Numbered from the stretch's first letter, positions 11,343 to 22,027 are shown. The stretch is DNA of 64,000 nt from Myxococcota bacterium (GCA_965223705.1 OZ245015.1:2272001-2336000), one strand, 5' to 3'. The notes: a model not told the origin generated them from the sequence alone. A program made the numbers and translations.

Positions 11343-12878
11343 TCAAAGCCCGGGTGCTTTCGGACCGAGTAAGGTCGCGCGCTCATGGTAGAGGCGCCTC
11401 GCCATGAGTTCGTGCCCGAACGGAGCGAGATGGACGCGATCCCACCACAAGAAGCCGCTATCGCGTTGCTCGACCAAGAATGCGTGGGTCTCGATAACGG
11501 GAACGCCTCGCTCGCGCGCGATCTCGCGCAAAATATCGTGACGCTCGTAGAGCTCGTGTAGGCTCCGCCGGTTCTCCGTGGTGTTTGCCTCGGGAATCAA
11601 GACGGTGTGGGCGCCTGAGGATTGCGCGAGCTCAACCAATTCTGGAAGAGCGCGGCGATAGCTTTCCGCATTCCTGTCATTGTGCCCGACGTTGAAAACG
11701 ACCACGTCGGGGTCGAGGTCGAGCCAGTTCGCGCGGTAGGTCGCCAGTAGTTGAGGCGCGGTCCAGGCGGGAATTCCGGCGCTCAGGCACTCAAAGCGGG
11801 TTTTCGGCGGTGCGGAACGGTTGAGCTTTGCCTCGAGCCGTTCAAACCACGTGTCTCCGCGAGACCGCGCGCCGGATCCCCAGGTTTGGGAGCCGCCCAC
11901 CATGAGGATGCGGAAGACGCCCTCGGGCTTCGTCGCCGCCGCGACTCGGGCGAGTCGTGCGACGACGGCTGATTCGTCCTCGATGCGGTTTGGGTAGTGG
12001 TAGAAGTCGACGTTGTCGGTATGTCGCCGCCCGAGAACGAAACGTTCGGTAGCCAGGCCGAGGCTCGCCGTTACGAGGAGAACGAGATGCGACGTCGCTA
12101 GGTAGAGATGGAGCGATCGCTCACTGCGACTCCGTTGACGCCGGGTCGCCGCAAAGACGGCGAAGTGGAAGAACGCCACCGCCGCCATACACGCCGCAAA
12201 GCTCGGCCACAGCGGGCCCCGGTGCGAAAACGATTCCGTAATCGTCGGAGTGCCATCGGCGCGCTCGAGAACCACGTTGTCGACGTAGGTGTGCTTCGCC
12301 CCGGACCCGCGAAATCCCACGAGCCCGCGTTCGATGTCGCGACGCGGACAGGAGCCCGCCGCGATTCCGTCTACGTTCACCGAAAAGCCATGTTCTCCCG
12401 GGTGCAACGCCAGCCGGTGCCAGCCCTTGTCGAGGCCCGAAACGGGAAGGATCACGCGATGCCGAAAGCCACCGTCTCCGTCCCCGACCAGACACGCCGT
12501 TGGGAAATCGGGGTTGCGGCTCAAACGCACGCCGGCGAACCCGTCGGCATTCTTGTCGTAGAGCACCACGAGATACCCCTCTTCTCGCAGCCGAATATCC
12601 GCCTCGAGCGCTTCTAGCGCGAGCGGCTCCCGAAACAGGACCTCGTGAAACTTGTGCCAGACGCCGAGGTTCAGCCGACCGCGATGGAGGGCCGTCCGGG
12701 TCGTGAGAAAAGCGACGGCTCCCAGGATTCCGTACTCGACGTCGACTTTCGAACTCGTCCACCGTCCGTTGCGGTGGAGGGTGTTCTGGCGCTGCAAGAT
12801 GATCTGCTGGAGGAGTAACGCCGCGAGAACCGACGCGAGCACGTGAAATACGACGAGACGTTTCGGGCGAGCGGGCAC
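11343..12878 (-). CDS. membrane-anchored SGNH/GDSL hydrolase
   Basis: GGSQTWG, GHND and DRVH SGNH blocks after TM segments. Confidence 0.72.
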   Translation of the reverse strand: MPARPKRLVVFHVLASVLAALLLQQIILQRQNTLHRNGRWTSSKVDVEYGILGAVAFLTTRTALHRGRLNLGVWHKFHEVLFREPLALEALEADIRLREEGYLVVLYDKNADGFAGVRLSRNPDFPTACLVGDGDGGFRHRVILPVSGLDKGWHRLALHPGEHGFSVNVDGIAAGSCPRRDIERGLVGFRGSGAKHTYVDNVVLERADGTPTITESFSHRGPLWPSFAACMAAVAFFHFAVFAATRRQRSRSERSLHLYLATSHLVLLVTASLGLATERFVLGRRHTDNVDFYHYPNRIEDESAVVARLARVAAATKPEGVFRILMVGGSQTWGSGARSRGDTWFERLEAKLNRSAPPKTRFECLSAGIPAWTAPQLLATYRANWLDLDPDVVVFNVGHNDRNAESYRRALPELVELAQSSGAHTVLIPEANTTENRRSLHELYERHDILREIARERGVPVIETHAFLVEQRDSGFLWWDRVHLAPFGHELMARRLYHERATLLGPKAPGL

Positions 12879-12881
12879 GAC

Positions 12882-13664
12882 CTACGGACTTTCGAGGTAG
12901 TTCTCGACGAGTGCCCACTCTGCGGCATTCGCCATCACGTCGTTGTGATCCCTTCCCGGGAAGACATGAATCTCGGGCCCTCTTGGCAGCTCACGGACCA
13001 ATGCCTCGGTCGCGCTTCTGGGGATCACGGAGTCGCTCTCTGCCACCAGGATCAACGCGTCGACGCCGACGCGTTGGGCGTCACCACGCGTCTCAAAGGG
13101 ATGCCTCATCAGACTTCTCACGGGAAGCCACGGGTAGTGGAACCGGGCGACATCCCGGAGGCTCGCGAAAGGACTGATCAGGATCAGCCCATCGAGCTCG
13201 CGACGCGCGGCGACGTGGAGCGCCATGGCGGTGCCGAGGCTCCGGCCCATGATCGCGATCCTGCGTTTCGGGTGCTGCTTACGGATCCAGTCGAAGTGCG
13301 CGAGAGCGTCGCCCCGGAGTGCGCCTTCGCTCGGAGTGCCTTCGCTGTCGCCGTAGCCACGGTAGTCGATCAAGTACGCCGTCACCTCGCGGAGCGCGAG
13401 CATCGCCCCGGCATTGGCGGCGACAGGCTCCGCATTCCCGCCGAAGTACACCAGGACCACGCGCTCTTCCTCCGCGCGCACGCGCACGCCGCGCAAGCGG
13501 AGACCTCCTACGACGTTCTCGATCGCTTGCACGCGCGGATCCGCGAGCGGAGCGACCGGTCGCGCGCCGATAAAGAGCAGCCGATCTTGCTTTAGGTAGA
13601 AGAGCGCGCAGACGGCAACGTAGACGCCGGCGCCGATCAAGAGAAAGACGACAAGGGATCTCAT
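12882..13664 (-). CDS. alpha/beta hydrolase (BEM46/ABHD-like)
   Basis: YFGGNAE, DYRGYG, GRSLG and HND motifs; ATGA overlap with the upstream gene. Confidence 0.88.
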   Translation of the reverse strand: MRSLVVFLLIGAGVYVAVCALFYLKQDRLLFIGARPVAPLADPRVQAIENVVGGLRLRGVRVRAEEERVVLVYFGGNAEPVAANAGAMLALREVTAYLIDYRGYGDSEGTPSEGALRGDALAHFDWIRKQHPKRRIAIMGRSLGTAMALHVAARRELDGLILISPFASLRDVARFHYPWLPVRSLMRHPFETRGDAQRVGVDALILVAESDSVIPRSATEALVRELPRGPEIHVFPGRDHNDVMANAAEWALVENYLESP

Positions 13665-14653
13665 CGGCCGACCAGCATGCGAACCACGGCGCGTCGCTTC
13701 GGAGCCGTCATGTGTCGCTGTGTGAAGAACCGCGCGTGTGCGTCCCGGGGAGCGCCCTTGTCGAGTGAAAGGCCCCACAACCCCTCGATCTGGTTCGGAA
13801 CGAGGGAGTAGCGCACATCGATGACACGCGAGGGGTCGCTCGGGTCGAGGGCGAGCCAGTTCCGAGAAAACTCCCCGAAGCGATCGATATCGATCGCTTG
13901 CTGTGTCTTCGGTTCGAGCCAGGGCAGATCGCGTTCGATCGCGAGTGCCGGGATCGGATCGCCAGAAAAGACTTGCGTCTCAAAGCTCAAACGCAGGGCG
14001 TCCGCGTAGAAGCGGCCCTCGACCTCGTACAGGGATTTCCACAGGAGAAGGTTGCCGAACGTAGGCTTCACGACGAGCCGCTCGAAGGCATGCCCCCGCG
14101 TCTGCGCAACCTGCGCACCCGCGATTTCTGCTCGTTCGCGCTGCACGATACCGAGACTGAGATAGAGAAGGATGAAAAGAGCGCCGAAGTGAGCGAAACG
14201 AGACCTCTGCCGAAACCACGCGAGGCCGACGGCGGAGGTGACCACGAGGGTGAGCAGTGGGTCGACGACGGCGATGATGTTCCACGCGACGCGTAGGTCG
14301 GAAAACGGCCACAGGAGCATGGTCCCGTAGGAGGTACACGCATCGATGGCGCCGTGGGTCGCGTAGCCGATCAGAGCAAAGGTGTAGAGACGTCCGAACG
14401 AGGCATTGCTCGAGAGGCCGCGCCCGAGGCCCGCGACCAACAACGCACCGATCGGAATAAACACCAGAGAGTGTGTGAACTGCCGGTGGAACTCGAGAAA
14501 CAGCAACGGGTCGTCCGAGGAACGAATGAAGACATCGATGTCTGGCACAGCACCGGCGACCGCGCCGATGGCGGCGGCGCGCCGCAGTTCAGTCGGTCTG
14601 GCCAAGCTCGCGCTTGCGATGGCGCCAATGACGGCCTGGCTGATCGGGTCCAT
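13661..14653 (-). CDS. inner-membrane metal-dependent hydrolase (YdjM/DUF457-like)
   Basis: MDPISQA, PDID, HRQFTHS and HGAIDACTSYGT motifs. Confidence 0.85.
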   Translation of the reverse strand: MDPISQAVIGAIASASLARPTELRRAAAIGAVAGAVPDIDVFIRSSDDPLLFLEFHRQFTHSLVFIPIGALLVAGLGRGLSSNASFGRLYTFALIGYATHGAIDACTSYGTMLLWPFSDLRVAWNIIAVVDPLLTLVVTSAVGLAWFRQRSRFAHFGALFILLYLSLGIVQRERAEIAGAQVAQTRGHAFERLVVKPTFGNLLLWKSLYEVEGRFYADALRLSFETQVFSGDPIPALAIERDLPWLEPKTQQAIDIDRFGEFSRNWLALDPSDPSRVIDVRYSLVPNQIEGLWGLSLDKGAPRDAHARFFTQRHMTAPKRRAVVRMLVGR

Positions 14654-14750
14654 GCCTTGTCCGGGTTCGGGGGTGGTCCCCTCGTGGGTTCGAGTCATTG
14701 TACAGTTACCGCGCGAACCCGATGGAAGCGCGAGCGGAGGACCGCCATCG

Positions 14751-15827
14751 ATGCTGATTGGACTCATCACTACAATAGCCATCTTGGTGCTTTCGCTCGT
14801 GTGGGTTCGGGCACGTCTGCAGGGCCCGGATCTCCACCGCTTCGACGAGCCGATCGATCCACCGGTGTCGCCGCGAAGTAGTGCGAGTCCGGCGCATGCG
14901 GACGTCGTGCGACAAATCGAGGAGATGGCGCGCTCCCTGTCGGAACTGCCGCGCACGGCGCGGTTGGGCGCCCTCCGGAAACAACTCGACGCCGGGTTCG
15001 GCTCTCCCGCTGATCCATCCACGAAGGTGATTCCGGTCGATGGCGCGGGATTCCGGGGGGAGTGGGTGCTGGCACCGGGCTCCCGCCCCGACCGCCGACT
15101 TCTCTACCTCCACGGCGGCGCTTTCGTGGCCGGAAGCTCCGTGAGTCACCGCGGCATCACGTCTCGGTTTTCGCAAGATGCGCGAGCCGCCGTGCTCTCT
15201 GTCGACTACCGGTTGATGCCCGAGAACAACCGCCAGGCAGGGATCGACGACTGTCGGGCGGCCTATCGTTGGTTGCTCGAAAACGGACCCGACGGGCCTT
15301 CTGCGCCCGAGACGCTCTTCGTGGCGGGAGATTCCGCGGGCGGGAACCTCGCACTGATGCTCGTCGCCTGGGCGCGGGATGCGGGACTTCGGCCCGCCGA
15401 TGGCGCCGTGGCCTTGTCCCCCGGAACCGACGCGACCTTTGGGAGTCCGAGCCTGACGAGCAACCTCGATTCCGATCCGATGCTCGCGCCCATGCTCCGC
15501 GACTTTCTCCGAATACCCCGCCCCTTCCGTCTTCTCATCACTTGGGCGACGTCCAAGATGCGCCCCTGCGATCCGGTGGTTTCTCCGGTGTTCGGCGACT
15601 TGTCCCGACTTCCGCCGGTGCTCGTCCACGCGAGCGACGCGGAACTCCTGCGAGACGACGCCAGGCGCTGGGTCAACAAAGCGCGCGCTGCGGGCTCTCC
15701 CGCCACTCTCGAGACGTGGCCTCACGTCGTCCATGTTTGGCACGCGTTCGCGCCTGAACTCACCGAAGCCAATGAGGCCCGCGAACGCATCCGCGCTTTC
15801 TTCGATCGGTGCGCGAGCGTCTCATAG
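14751..15827 (+). CDS. esterase/lipase (hormone-sensitive lipase family)
   Basis: HGGAF, GDSAGG and HVWH motifs; N-terminal TM anchor. Confidence 0.88.
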   Translation: MLIGLITTIAILVLSLVWVRARLQGPDLHRFDEPIDPPVSPRSSASPAHADVVRQIEEMARSLSELPRTARLGALRKQLDAGFGSPADPSTKVIPVDGAGFRGEWVLAPGSRPDRRLLYLHGGAFVAGSSVSHRGITSRFSQDARAAVLSVDYRLMPENNRQAGIDDCRAAYRWLLENGPDGPSAPETLFVAGDSAGGNLALMLVAWARDAGLRPADGAVALSPGTDATFGSPSLTSNLDSDPMLAPMLRDFLRIPRPFRLLITWATSKMRPCDPVVSPVFGDLSRLPPVLVHASDAELLRDDARRWVNKARAAGSPATLETWPHVVHVWHAFAPELTEANEARERIRAFFDRCASVS

Positions 15828-15842
15828 ACGCGCGTTGTCGCC

Positions 15843-17325
15843 TCACGCGTAATCGAAAGCGGCGTCGTCCAGGTCGATCGCGGGAATTTCCTTCCTCTCC
15901 GCCCAGTAGTCCTGGTTGTGCTGCCAGTCCGGCTTGTCACCGCGCTTGGGCAAGAGGTGCATGCGACGCATGAGATAGCCGGGGTTGAAGTTCTCCTGAT
16001 CGATCCACGGCAGGATCGGCATGTCCGCGTCTTCCGGACGTAGCCTGGGCGTGACGCGCCTCGCCCCTTTCTCGTCCATGTGCCGGAGGAGTCGGCAGGT
16101 GAAGTCGCCCAGCAAGTCGACCCGCAAGGTCCAGCTCGCCCGGAAGTAACCGAAGACCCAGAGGAGGTTCGGGACGCCGGTGAACATCATCCCGCGGTAC
16201 GTGACGGTCTCAGCGAAATCGACGGGTTTCCCATCGACAGAGAACTCGATGCCGCCGAGTACGCTCAGATTGAAGCCCGTCGCGGTGACGACGATGTCGG
16301 CTTCGAGGAACTCGCCTGACTTGAGGAGGATGCCCTTCTCGGTGAAGCGTTCGATATGGTCCGTGACCATCGACGCCTTGCCCGCCGCGATTCCGCGGAA
16401 GATGTCACCATCCGGAACGAACGCCAGCCGCTGTTGCCAAGGGCGATACTTCGGTGTGAAGTGCGTCGCGATGTCGTAGTCGGGACCGAGATAGGCGCGC
16501 ACACCGTCGAGCAGCTCGCGCTTGACCACTTCGGGCTCTTCGACAGCGCGACGCGTGAATTCTTCCTGTTCGTGGAGGATCTGCCGTCGCGTGATCTCGT
16601 GGATCCAGGTCTCATCCACCTTGAGCGCCCGGAGCTGATCGGCGAGCGGGTTCTGGTTGATTGCGGGATGAAAGTACGTCGGTGAACGCTGGAGTACGGT
16701 GACGTGCTCGCACGCTTCGGCGATCGCTGGGACGACCGTGGCCGTGGTGGCGCCGGAGCCGATCACGACCACCTTCTTCCCTTTGTAATCGAGATCTTCG
16801 GGCCAGGTCTGGGGATGAACGATCTCGCCCGCGAATTCGTCCATGCCCTCCCACTCGGGGGTGTAGCCCTTGGCGTGCTCGTAGTAGCCCTGACACATCC
16901 ACAGGAAGTTCGCGGTGAGATGGACCGCCTCTCCTGTGTCGGTGCGGGTTCCTTCGATCGTCCAAAGATTCTCTTCGCTCGACCAGCGGGCTGTCGCGAT
17001 CCGGTGGTTGTACCGGATATGGCGATCGAGATCGTTCTCTTCGATCACCTCCTCCATGTAGGCGAGGATCTCGTCGGCGGTCGCTACCGGTGGGCCCGTC
17101 CAAGGCTTGAAGCGGTACCCAAAGGTGTAGAGGTCGCTGTCGGACCGAATGCCTGGGATAGCGGTGGATGTGCCAGGTGCCGCCGAAGGTCTCGAGAGCT
17201 TCGAGGACGATGAAGCTCTTCTCCGGACATTGCTGGGTCAGGTGATAGGCCGCGCCGACGCCGGAAATGCCCGCCCCAACTACGAGAACGTCGAAGTGTT
17301 CAGCTTGTCGTGTTGTCTCACTCAC
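15843..17325 (-). pseudogene. flavin-containing monooxygenase (EthA/AlmA-like) split by a 1-nt insertion near 17155 (pseudogene or sequencing error)
   Basis: N-terminal GAGISG...GGTWHIHRYP is in one frame; GIRSDSDLYTFGYRFKPW...HPQTWP...GSGATT...ATGF continues in another. Confidence 0.8.
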
Positions 17326-18431
17326 TATGCTGCCGCCTGCTCTCGGGAAGTTCCGATTTCTTCGCCCACCTGCGCCTCCTTCAGCTTGGGAAGCACTTCC
17401 TTCGCGAAGAGATGGACGTTGGCGTGAGCCATCTCGGGCGGCATCCCGCCGTAGCTGAACACACCGATCTGCCCTGCACTGTCGGCCATCGACTGGTAGT
17501 CCATGATCTTCTCGAAAACCTGCTTCGGCGTTCCGTAGATCTGCAGCTCGGCGAGGAAGCTCACGAACGCGTCGACGCCGTGCTTGCGGATGTTCTTCGA
17601 GAGACCGCCGTAGTACTCGTAACCCTTGATGTTCGCGAGTTCGGCGTTGTCGAACTCATAGTGCTCGAGCGCAGAACGACTGTACGCACGGATGTACGTC
17701 TCCATCATCTCCTTGGCCACGCTCTCATCCTCGTGGCACGCGATGAAGCTCGCGATGATGGGTTTCGGCGCTTCTCTCCCGTTCAGCTCTCGGTAGAGCT
17801 CGCGATACATGGTCAGTTCCGACTGGGTCGTCGCCCACGGCTTTTGCGCGATGACCAAGATGCCGACCTCGAGCCGCGCCATGATGCGCGCGGACTCGGG
17901 TGAGACGGCCGCCGCATACGCGCGGCCCCGAAACGACCGAAACGGCGCGGGCCGGATGGCGGCCCGCGGCTGGTTGAAATACTTCCCTCGGTATTCGATC
18001 ACGCCCGTCTCGAGCGCTCCGAGGATCGCTTCGGTGTACTCGATGAAGCGACCCCTCGATTCGTTCATATCGAGACGGAACGCGTCGAACTCGACCCGAC
18101 CGAGACCTCGCCCGAAGCCGACGATCGCCCGCCCTTTCGACACGTGATCGAGGACCGAGATCTCCTCGCACAGGCGAATCGGGTCGTGCCACGGCACGAT
18201 GTACGCCATGGCACCGAGCTTCACGTGCTGGGTGCGACCCGCCATGTAGGTGAGGAACTGCGCGACGTTGGGACACATCGTGTACTCGGTGAAGTGATGT
18301 TCCGCCGCCCAGATCGAATCGAAACCGAGAGGCTCTGCGAGATCGGCCATTCCGAGTTCATGCTCATAGACCGTCTTGTCGCTTTCGTCGTTGCGCAGAT
18401 TCTGAAAGAAAGCACTGAACCCGACGTGCAT
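17325..18431 (-). CDS. LLM-class (luciferase-like) flavin-dependent oxidoreductase
   Basis: LGFDSIWAAEHHF, PWHDP and GFGRG motifs. Confidence 0.92.
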   Translation of the reverse strand: MHVGFSAFFQNLRNDESDKTVYEHELGMADLAEPLGFDSIWAAEHHFTEYTMCPNVAQFLTYMAGRTQHVKLGAMAYIVPWHDPIRLCEEISVLDHVSKGRAIVGFGRGLGRVEFDAFRLDMNESRGRFIEYTEAILGALETGVIEYRGKYFNQPRAAIRPAPFRSFRGRAYAAAVSPESARIMARLEVGILVIAQKPWATTQSELTMYRELYRELNGREAPKPIIASFIACHEDESVAKEMMETYIRAYSRSALEHYEFDNAELANIKGYEYYGGLSKNIRKHGVDAFVSFLAELQIYGTPKQVFEKIMDYQSMADSAGQIGVFSYGGMPPEMAHANVHLFAKEVLPKLKEAQVGEEIGTSREQAAA

Positions 18432-18537
18432 TGGGCACCCCCGTTTCTTCGAGGCTACGAGCCGGTGGGGGACCGGGGTATGAGCGCGGTCATACGGTCC
18501 AAAGTGATCGCCACCGCCTGGTGCTTATATTCGGGTC

Positions 18538-19731
18538 ATGGCCGACCCCTTGACTCAGGCGCTGCTGACCCTTGGGATCCTGTTCTTGGCCGGCCTCGCT
18601 GCGGACCTTCTCGGCCGGCGCACGCGGCTCCCGCGGGTGACCTTGCTTCTTCTGTTGGGCGTCGGCGCCGGCCCTGTCGGGTTGAATCTCATCCCCCAGG
18701 AGGGCGCTGCCTGGTACCCGTTCGTCGCCAATCTGGCGCTCTTGATGGTGGCCTTCCTCTTGGGAGGTGAGCTCCGGCTTCCCGTCTTGCGTCGGCACGG
18801 GCGGGCCGTTCTCCTCATTTCTCTCACCGTGGTTTTCGCGACGGTTGTGATCGTTTCGTTGGGGCTCGTCGCGCTCGGATGGCCCGTCGAGATCGCCCTA
18901 CTCCTCGGCGCGACTGCGACCGCGACCGATCCGGCAGCCGTAACCGATGTCGTGCGGGAGGCGCGTGCCAGGGGCCCCTTCACCACCACGCTCCTCGGTG
19001 TGGTGGCCGTCGACGACGCGTGGGCGCTCGCCGCGTTGAGCTTTGCCTTCGCTTCGGTGCTCGCAATGACGAGCCCCGAAGCGGCGCAGTCCGTGGTCCT
19101 CACCGGTGTCATCGATCTCGTCGGCGCGGTTCTCCTCGGTTGCGCCTTGGGCATTCCGATGGCGCTGCTGACCGGCCGGATCCGCGCCGGCGAGCCCACG
19201 CAAGCCGAGGCGTTGGGCGCGGTGCTCCTCTGCGGCGGGCTCGCGCAGATGCTCGACGTCTCTTTCTTGCTGTCGGCGATGACCATGGGTGTCGTCGTCG
19301 CAAACGGCGCTCGCCATCATCGGAGGCCGTTTCGCGCGATCGAGGGCATCGAGTGGCCGTTCATGGTGCTCTTCTTCGTCCTGTCTGGAGCGTCCCTTTC
19401 CCCGGACCATCTCGCGGGGGCGGTGGGACTCACCCTTGCCTACATCGGCCTACGTGTCCTCGGGCGATGGATCGGCGGTTGGTTCGGATGTCGGTGGTCG
19501 GGGCAACCGATGTGGTCGAGCACCGTCGGTTTTGCCCTCTTGCCTCAAGCGGGGATCGCCATCGGCATGGCGCTGGTTGTTTCGCAGCACCTACCCGGGG
19601 TCGACGGCGTGATACTCACAACGACCGTGACCGCCACCGTGTTGTTCGAGCTCGTGGGGCCCGTTTTGACCCGGATGAGCTTGGTGCGGGTCGGAGAGGT
19701 CGGGACCGCTTCGGAGGCCCGCGCGGAGTGA
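18538..19731 (+). CDS. cation:proton antiporter (CPA2/Kef-type)
   Basis: About 12 hydrophobic segments; ATDPAA, VAVDD, FFVLSGA and PQAGIAIG motifs. Confidence 0.88.
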   Translation: MADPLTQALLTLGILFLAGLAADLLGRRTRLPRVTLLLLLGVGAGPVGLNLIPQEGAAWYPFVANLALLMVAFLLGGELRLPVLRRHGRAVLLISLTVVFATVVIVSLGLVALGWPVEIALLLGATATATDPAAVTDVVREARARGPFTTTLLGVVAVDDAWALAALSFAFASVLAMTSPEAAQSVVLTGVIDLVGAVLLGCALGIPMALLTGRIRAGEPTQAEALGAVLLCGGLAQMLDVSFLLSAMTMGVVVANGARHHRRPFRAIEGIEWPFMVLFFVLSGASLSPDHLAGAVGLTLAYIGLRVLGRWIGGWFGCRWSGQPMWSSTVGFALLPQAGIAIGMALVVSQHLPGVDGVILTTTVTATVLFELVGPVLTRMSLVRVGEVGTASEARAE

Positions 19732-19743
19732 GGCTCGCGGCCG

Positions 19744-20619
19744 CTACGACGATGAAGGCATCTTTCCGTTCCCCAGCATTCGCTCCGCTTTTTCGAAATC
19801 CACCAACCAGAGGCGCCCGCCCAGGATCGGCGCCGGGTCGTAGCTGGTGTAGCCGAGCAGTTGCTGAACGCGCGGTGAAAAAGTTTTTGCCAAGTCAAAG
19901 GGAATCATGAGCGGTGAAGCTTCCTCGGGTCGCAGCCAGCCGAGCACGAAACTCAAGTGCAAGCCGCGCCGCCACCCGTCGGAGCGATTGGCGCCCGCGC
20001 CGTGCACTACTTTCCCGCTGTAGAGGAGCGCACTACCGGCGCGCATCTCGGCGGGGATGGTTTCCTCGGGTTTGCCGTCCATCACATCGAACGACTCCCA
20101 GCGGTGACTTCCCGGGGTCACCCGTGTGGCGCCGTTTGCTTCATGGAAGTCACTCAGCGCGAAGATGGAGCTCACCGTGACCTCGGGCGCCGCCGCTCCT
20201 TGAGCGGCGAACGCGGGCCAGTTGCCCATGTCGCGGTGGAGCATCTGAGCCTGCTCGCCGGGGCCTACGATCATCGCCTGGCCGGTGTTGAGCCAGTAGG
20301 ATCCCGCGTTGGGGAGGAGTGCCGAGTCGGCGTAGGCGCCGAGCACCTCGTGCTCGAGGAGCTCGACAAAGACGGGGCTACGAGCGGCGAGGCCCGTAAA
20401 GCGTACGGTGGGGGAACCGTGAAATGCCTCCCAGAGTGTGCTCCCGCTGCGAGAACCGGGAGGGGTCGTTGCTATGGCTCCATCGAGTTCGCGGTTCAGC
20501 GATGCGAGGCGATCCGGGGCGATCATGTCCTCGACGATCGCCGCGCCGTCGTGCTCGATCGCGTCGAGAATTTCGGGGATCGGTGTGTTTCGCGGGAACG
20601 TCTGCAGCGACGCGCTCAC
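19744..20619 (-). CDS. phytanoyl-CoA dioxygenase (PhyH) family protein
   Basis: QMLHRD, NGATRVTPGSH, HGAGAN and LGWLRPEE motifs. Confidence 0.88.
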   Translation of the reverse strand: MSASLQTFPRNTPIPEILDAIEHDGAAIVEDMIAPDRLASLNRELDGAIATTPPGSRSGSTLWEAFHGSPTVRFTGLAARSPVFVELLEHEVLGAYADSALLPNAGSYWLNTGQAMIVGPGEQAQMLHRDMGNWPAFAAQGAAAPEVTVSSIFALSDFHEANGATRVTPGSHRWESFDVMDGKPEETIPAEMRAGSALLYSGKVVHGAGANRSDGWRRGLHLSFVLGWLRPEEASPLMIPFDLAKTFSPRVQQLLGYTSYDPAPILGGRLWLVDFEKAERMLGNGKMPSSS

Positions 20620-21098
20620 GGAGTTTCACCCTTCGCGCCGAGCACGCCCCGCGCGGCCACCCAGAGCAGGAACACGACGAGAAAGACGCTCGGCAGGCCC
20701 GGCAGAAAGCCCAAGACGCTCAGCCAATCCGCTTCGCCGAGCGGGCTGTCGCCGAAAGTCAGCGAACGGTTGCCCGCTGCGTTTCCGATCCAGTAGAAGA
20801 CCGTGAAGGACCAAGCGATGTAGATGAAACCCCAGGCGGTCCACGTCTGCATGCGCGCGCTCAAATTGAGCTTTGGCAGGGCGAGGGCCACCACGACGAC
20901 CAACAGACCGTTCGTGAGGCCGCCCGAGTGCGCGCGCACCCACCCTTCCGAGCTGCCGTAGACGTCGAAGACCAGGATGTTGCCCGGAAAGATCTCGAAT
21001 CCGCCGACCAGTTTGAACATCAACATGAAGCCCGCCAGCATCGAGACAAGGATCACCAGCAGGCCGTGTCCAATCATGAGTCGTTGGTAGCGTTCCAT
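20616..21098 (-). CDS. styC: styrene oxide isomerase (StyC)-like membrane heme protein
   Basis: GHG, LVGGFEI.PG, EGW.RAHSG...NG, FY and NR.LTFG closely match StyC as recalled; 4 TM helices, 160 aa. Confidence 0.75.
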   Translation of the reverse strand: MERYQRLMIGHGLLVILVSMLAGFMLMFKLVGGFEIFPGNILVFDVYGSSEGWVRAHSGGLTNGLLVVVVALALPKLNLSARMQTWTAWGFIYIAWSFTVFYWIGNAAGNRSLTFGDSPLGEADWLSVLGFLPGLPSVFLVVFLLWVAARGVLGAKGETP

Positions 21099-21109
21099 CT
21101 CTCGTCACC

Positions 21110-22027
21110 TCATGCGCGGCTTTTGAAGGGCACTGGAATATCGGGGTCGTCCGTGTCGATGAGTGGAAGCGGAGCATCCGGTGGGAGCGTCTTGTGACCC
21201 GCCACCCAAGCCTTTTGCCACTCGGGATCTTCGTCGACGCGCGGATTGTGTCGCGGCGAGAGCGCCCGTAGGAGGTACGGCCCCACGTTCCATACCATCG
21301 ATCCGATCTCGCGGGCGGTCTCCCACATCGTCGCGGGTCGCCCCCACAGCCCGTCTTTCCGAAGTGCCGTGACCATGGCGATCAAGCCGTAACCCAGCAC
21401 GTGAAAGGAGCCGTGGAAGACACCGAGGGCGCGCGGCCAGTAGCGCCCCGAGTAAGCCATGTAGGCATCGAAAGCGACGGTCTTGTGTTCGGTTTCCTCG
21501 ACCATGTGCATGACCCAGAACGAGGCCACCCAGGGGCAGTTGCCGCCCCAGAGCTCCCGCCGCCGGTTGATGAACCAGCGAGTGAAACCGTTCGTCATCG
21601 TCTCGAACCCGGCGTTGTAAGCCAGCTGCGTCTCGAGTGACCGACTGAGTAGCCGCTCGTAGGATGCCTCCATGCGGTCCTCGACGTCGGCGAGCTCGGG
21701 GTAGCCGTTTTTCTTGATCAGTTCGTTCAGGCGGCGGTGGCATTGGTAGTGCTTCGCTTCCTGGCCGTTGAAGCCGCGAATGTCCTCGAGAAGCCGCGGT
21801 TCTTCGATGTGCTTTGCCGCCGCGCGCATGGATTTGATCAAGTAGGGCTCGAGGTAGGGCATCGTCAGCGAGAACCCGTTGAACATGTGCGAGCGCACGC
21901 GCGCGCCCGGCGCCCAGACCGGGTCGAGATCGTCCGGGAATTCGAAGTTGAAGTTCCGGATGAGGATCTCGTCGACTTGCTTCGGTTCGTATCGGTAGTT
22001 CGGATTCGGCGCGAGGGCTGCGGACAT
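21110..22027 (-). CDS. predicted metal-dependent hydrolase (PF10118-like, ferritin-fold)
   Basis: PYLEPYLI, FNGQEAKH..CH, E..T and HMVEETEHKTVAFD motifs. Confidence 0.85.
   Translation of the reverse strand: MSAALAPNPNYRYEPKQVDEILIRNFNFEFPDDLDPVWAPGARVRSHMFNGFSLTMPYLEPYLIKSMRAAAKHIEEPRLLEDIRGFNGQEAKHYQCHRRLNELIKKNGYPELADVEDRMEASYERLLSRSLETQLAYNAGFETMTNGFTRWFINRRRELWGGNCPWVASFWVMHMVEETEHKTVAFDAYMAYSGRYWPRALGVFHGSFHVLGYGLIAMVTALRKDGLWGRPATMWETAREIGSMVWNVGPYLLRALSPRHNPRVDEDPEWQKAWVAGHKTLPPDAPLPLIDTDDPDIPVPFKSRA

Noticed and set aside
16612..17325. 237-aa standalone ORF
   Set aside because: Only the first ~57 codons are real (FMO N-terminus); the rest is out-of-frame read-through after the frameshift
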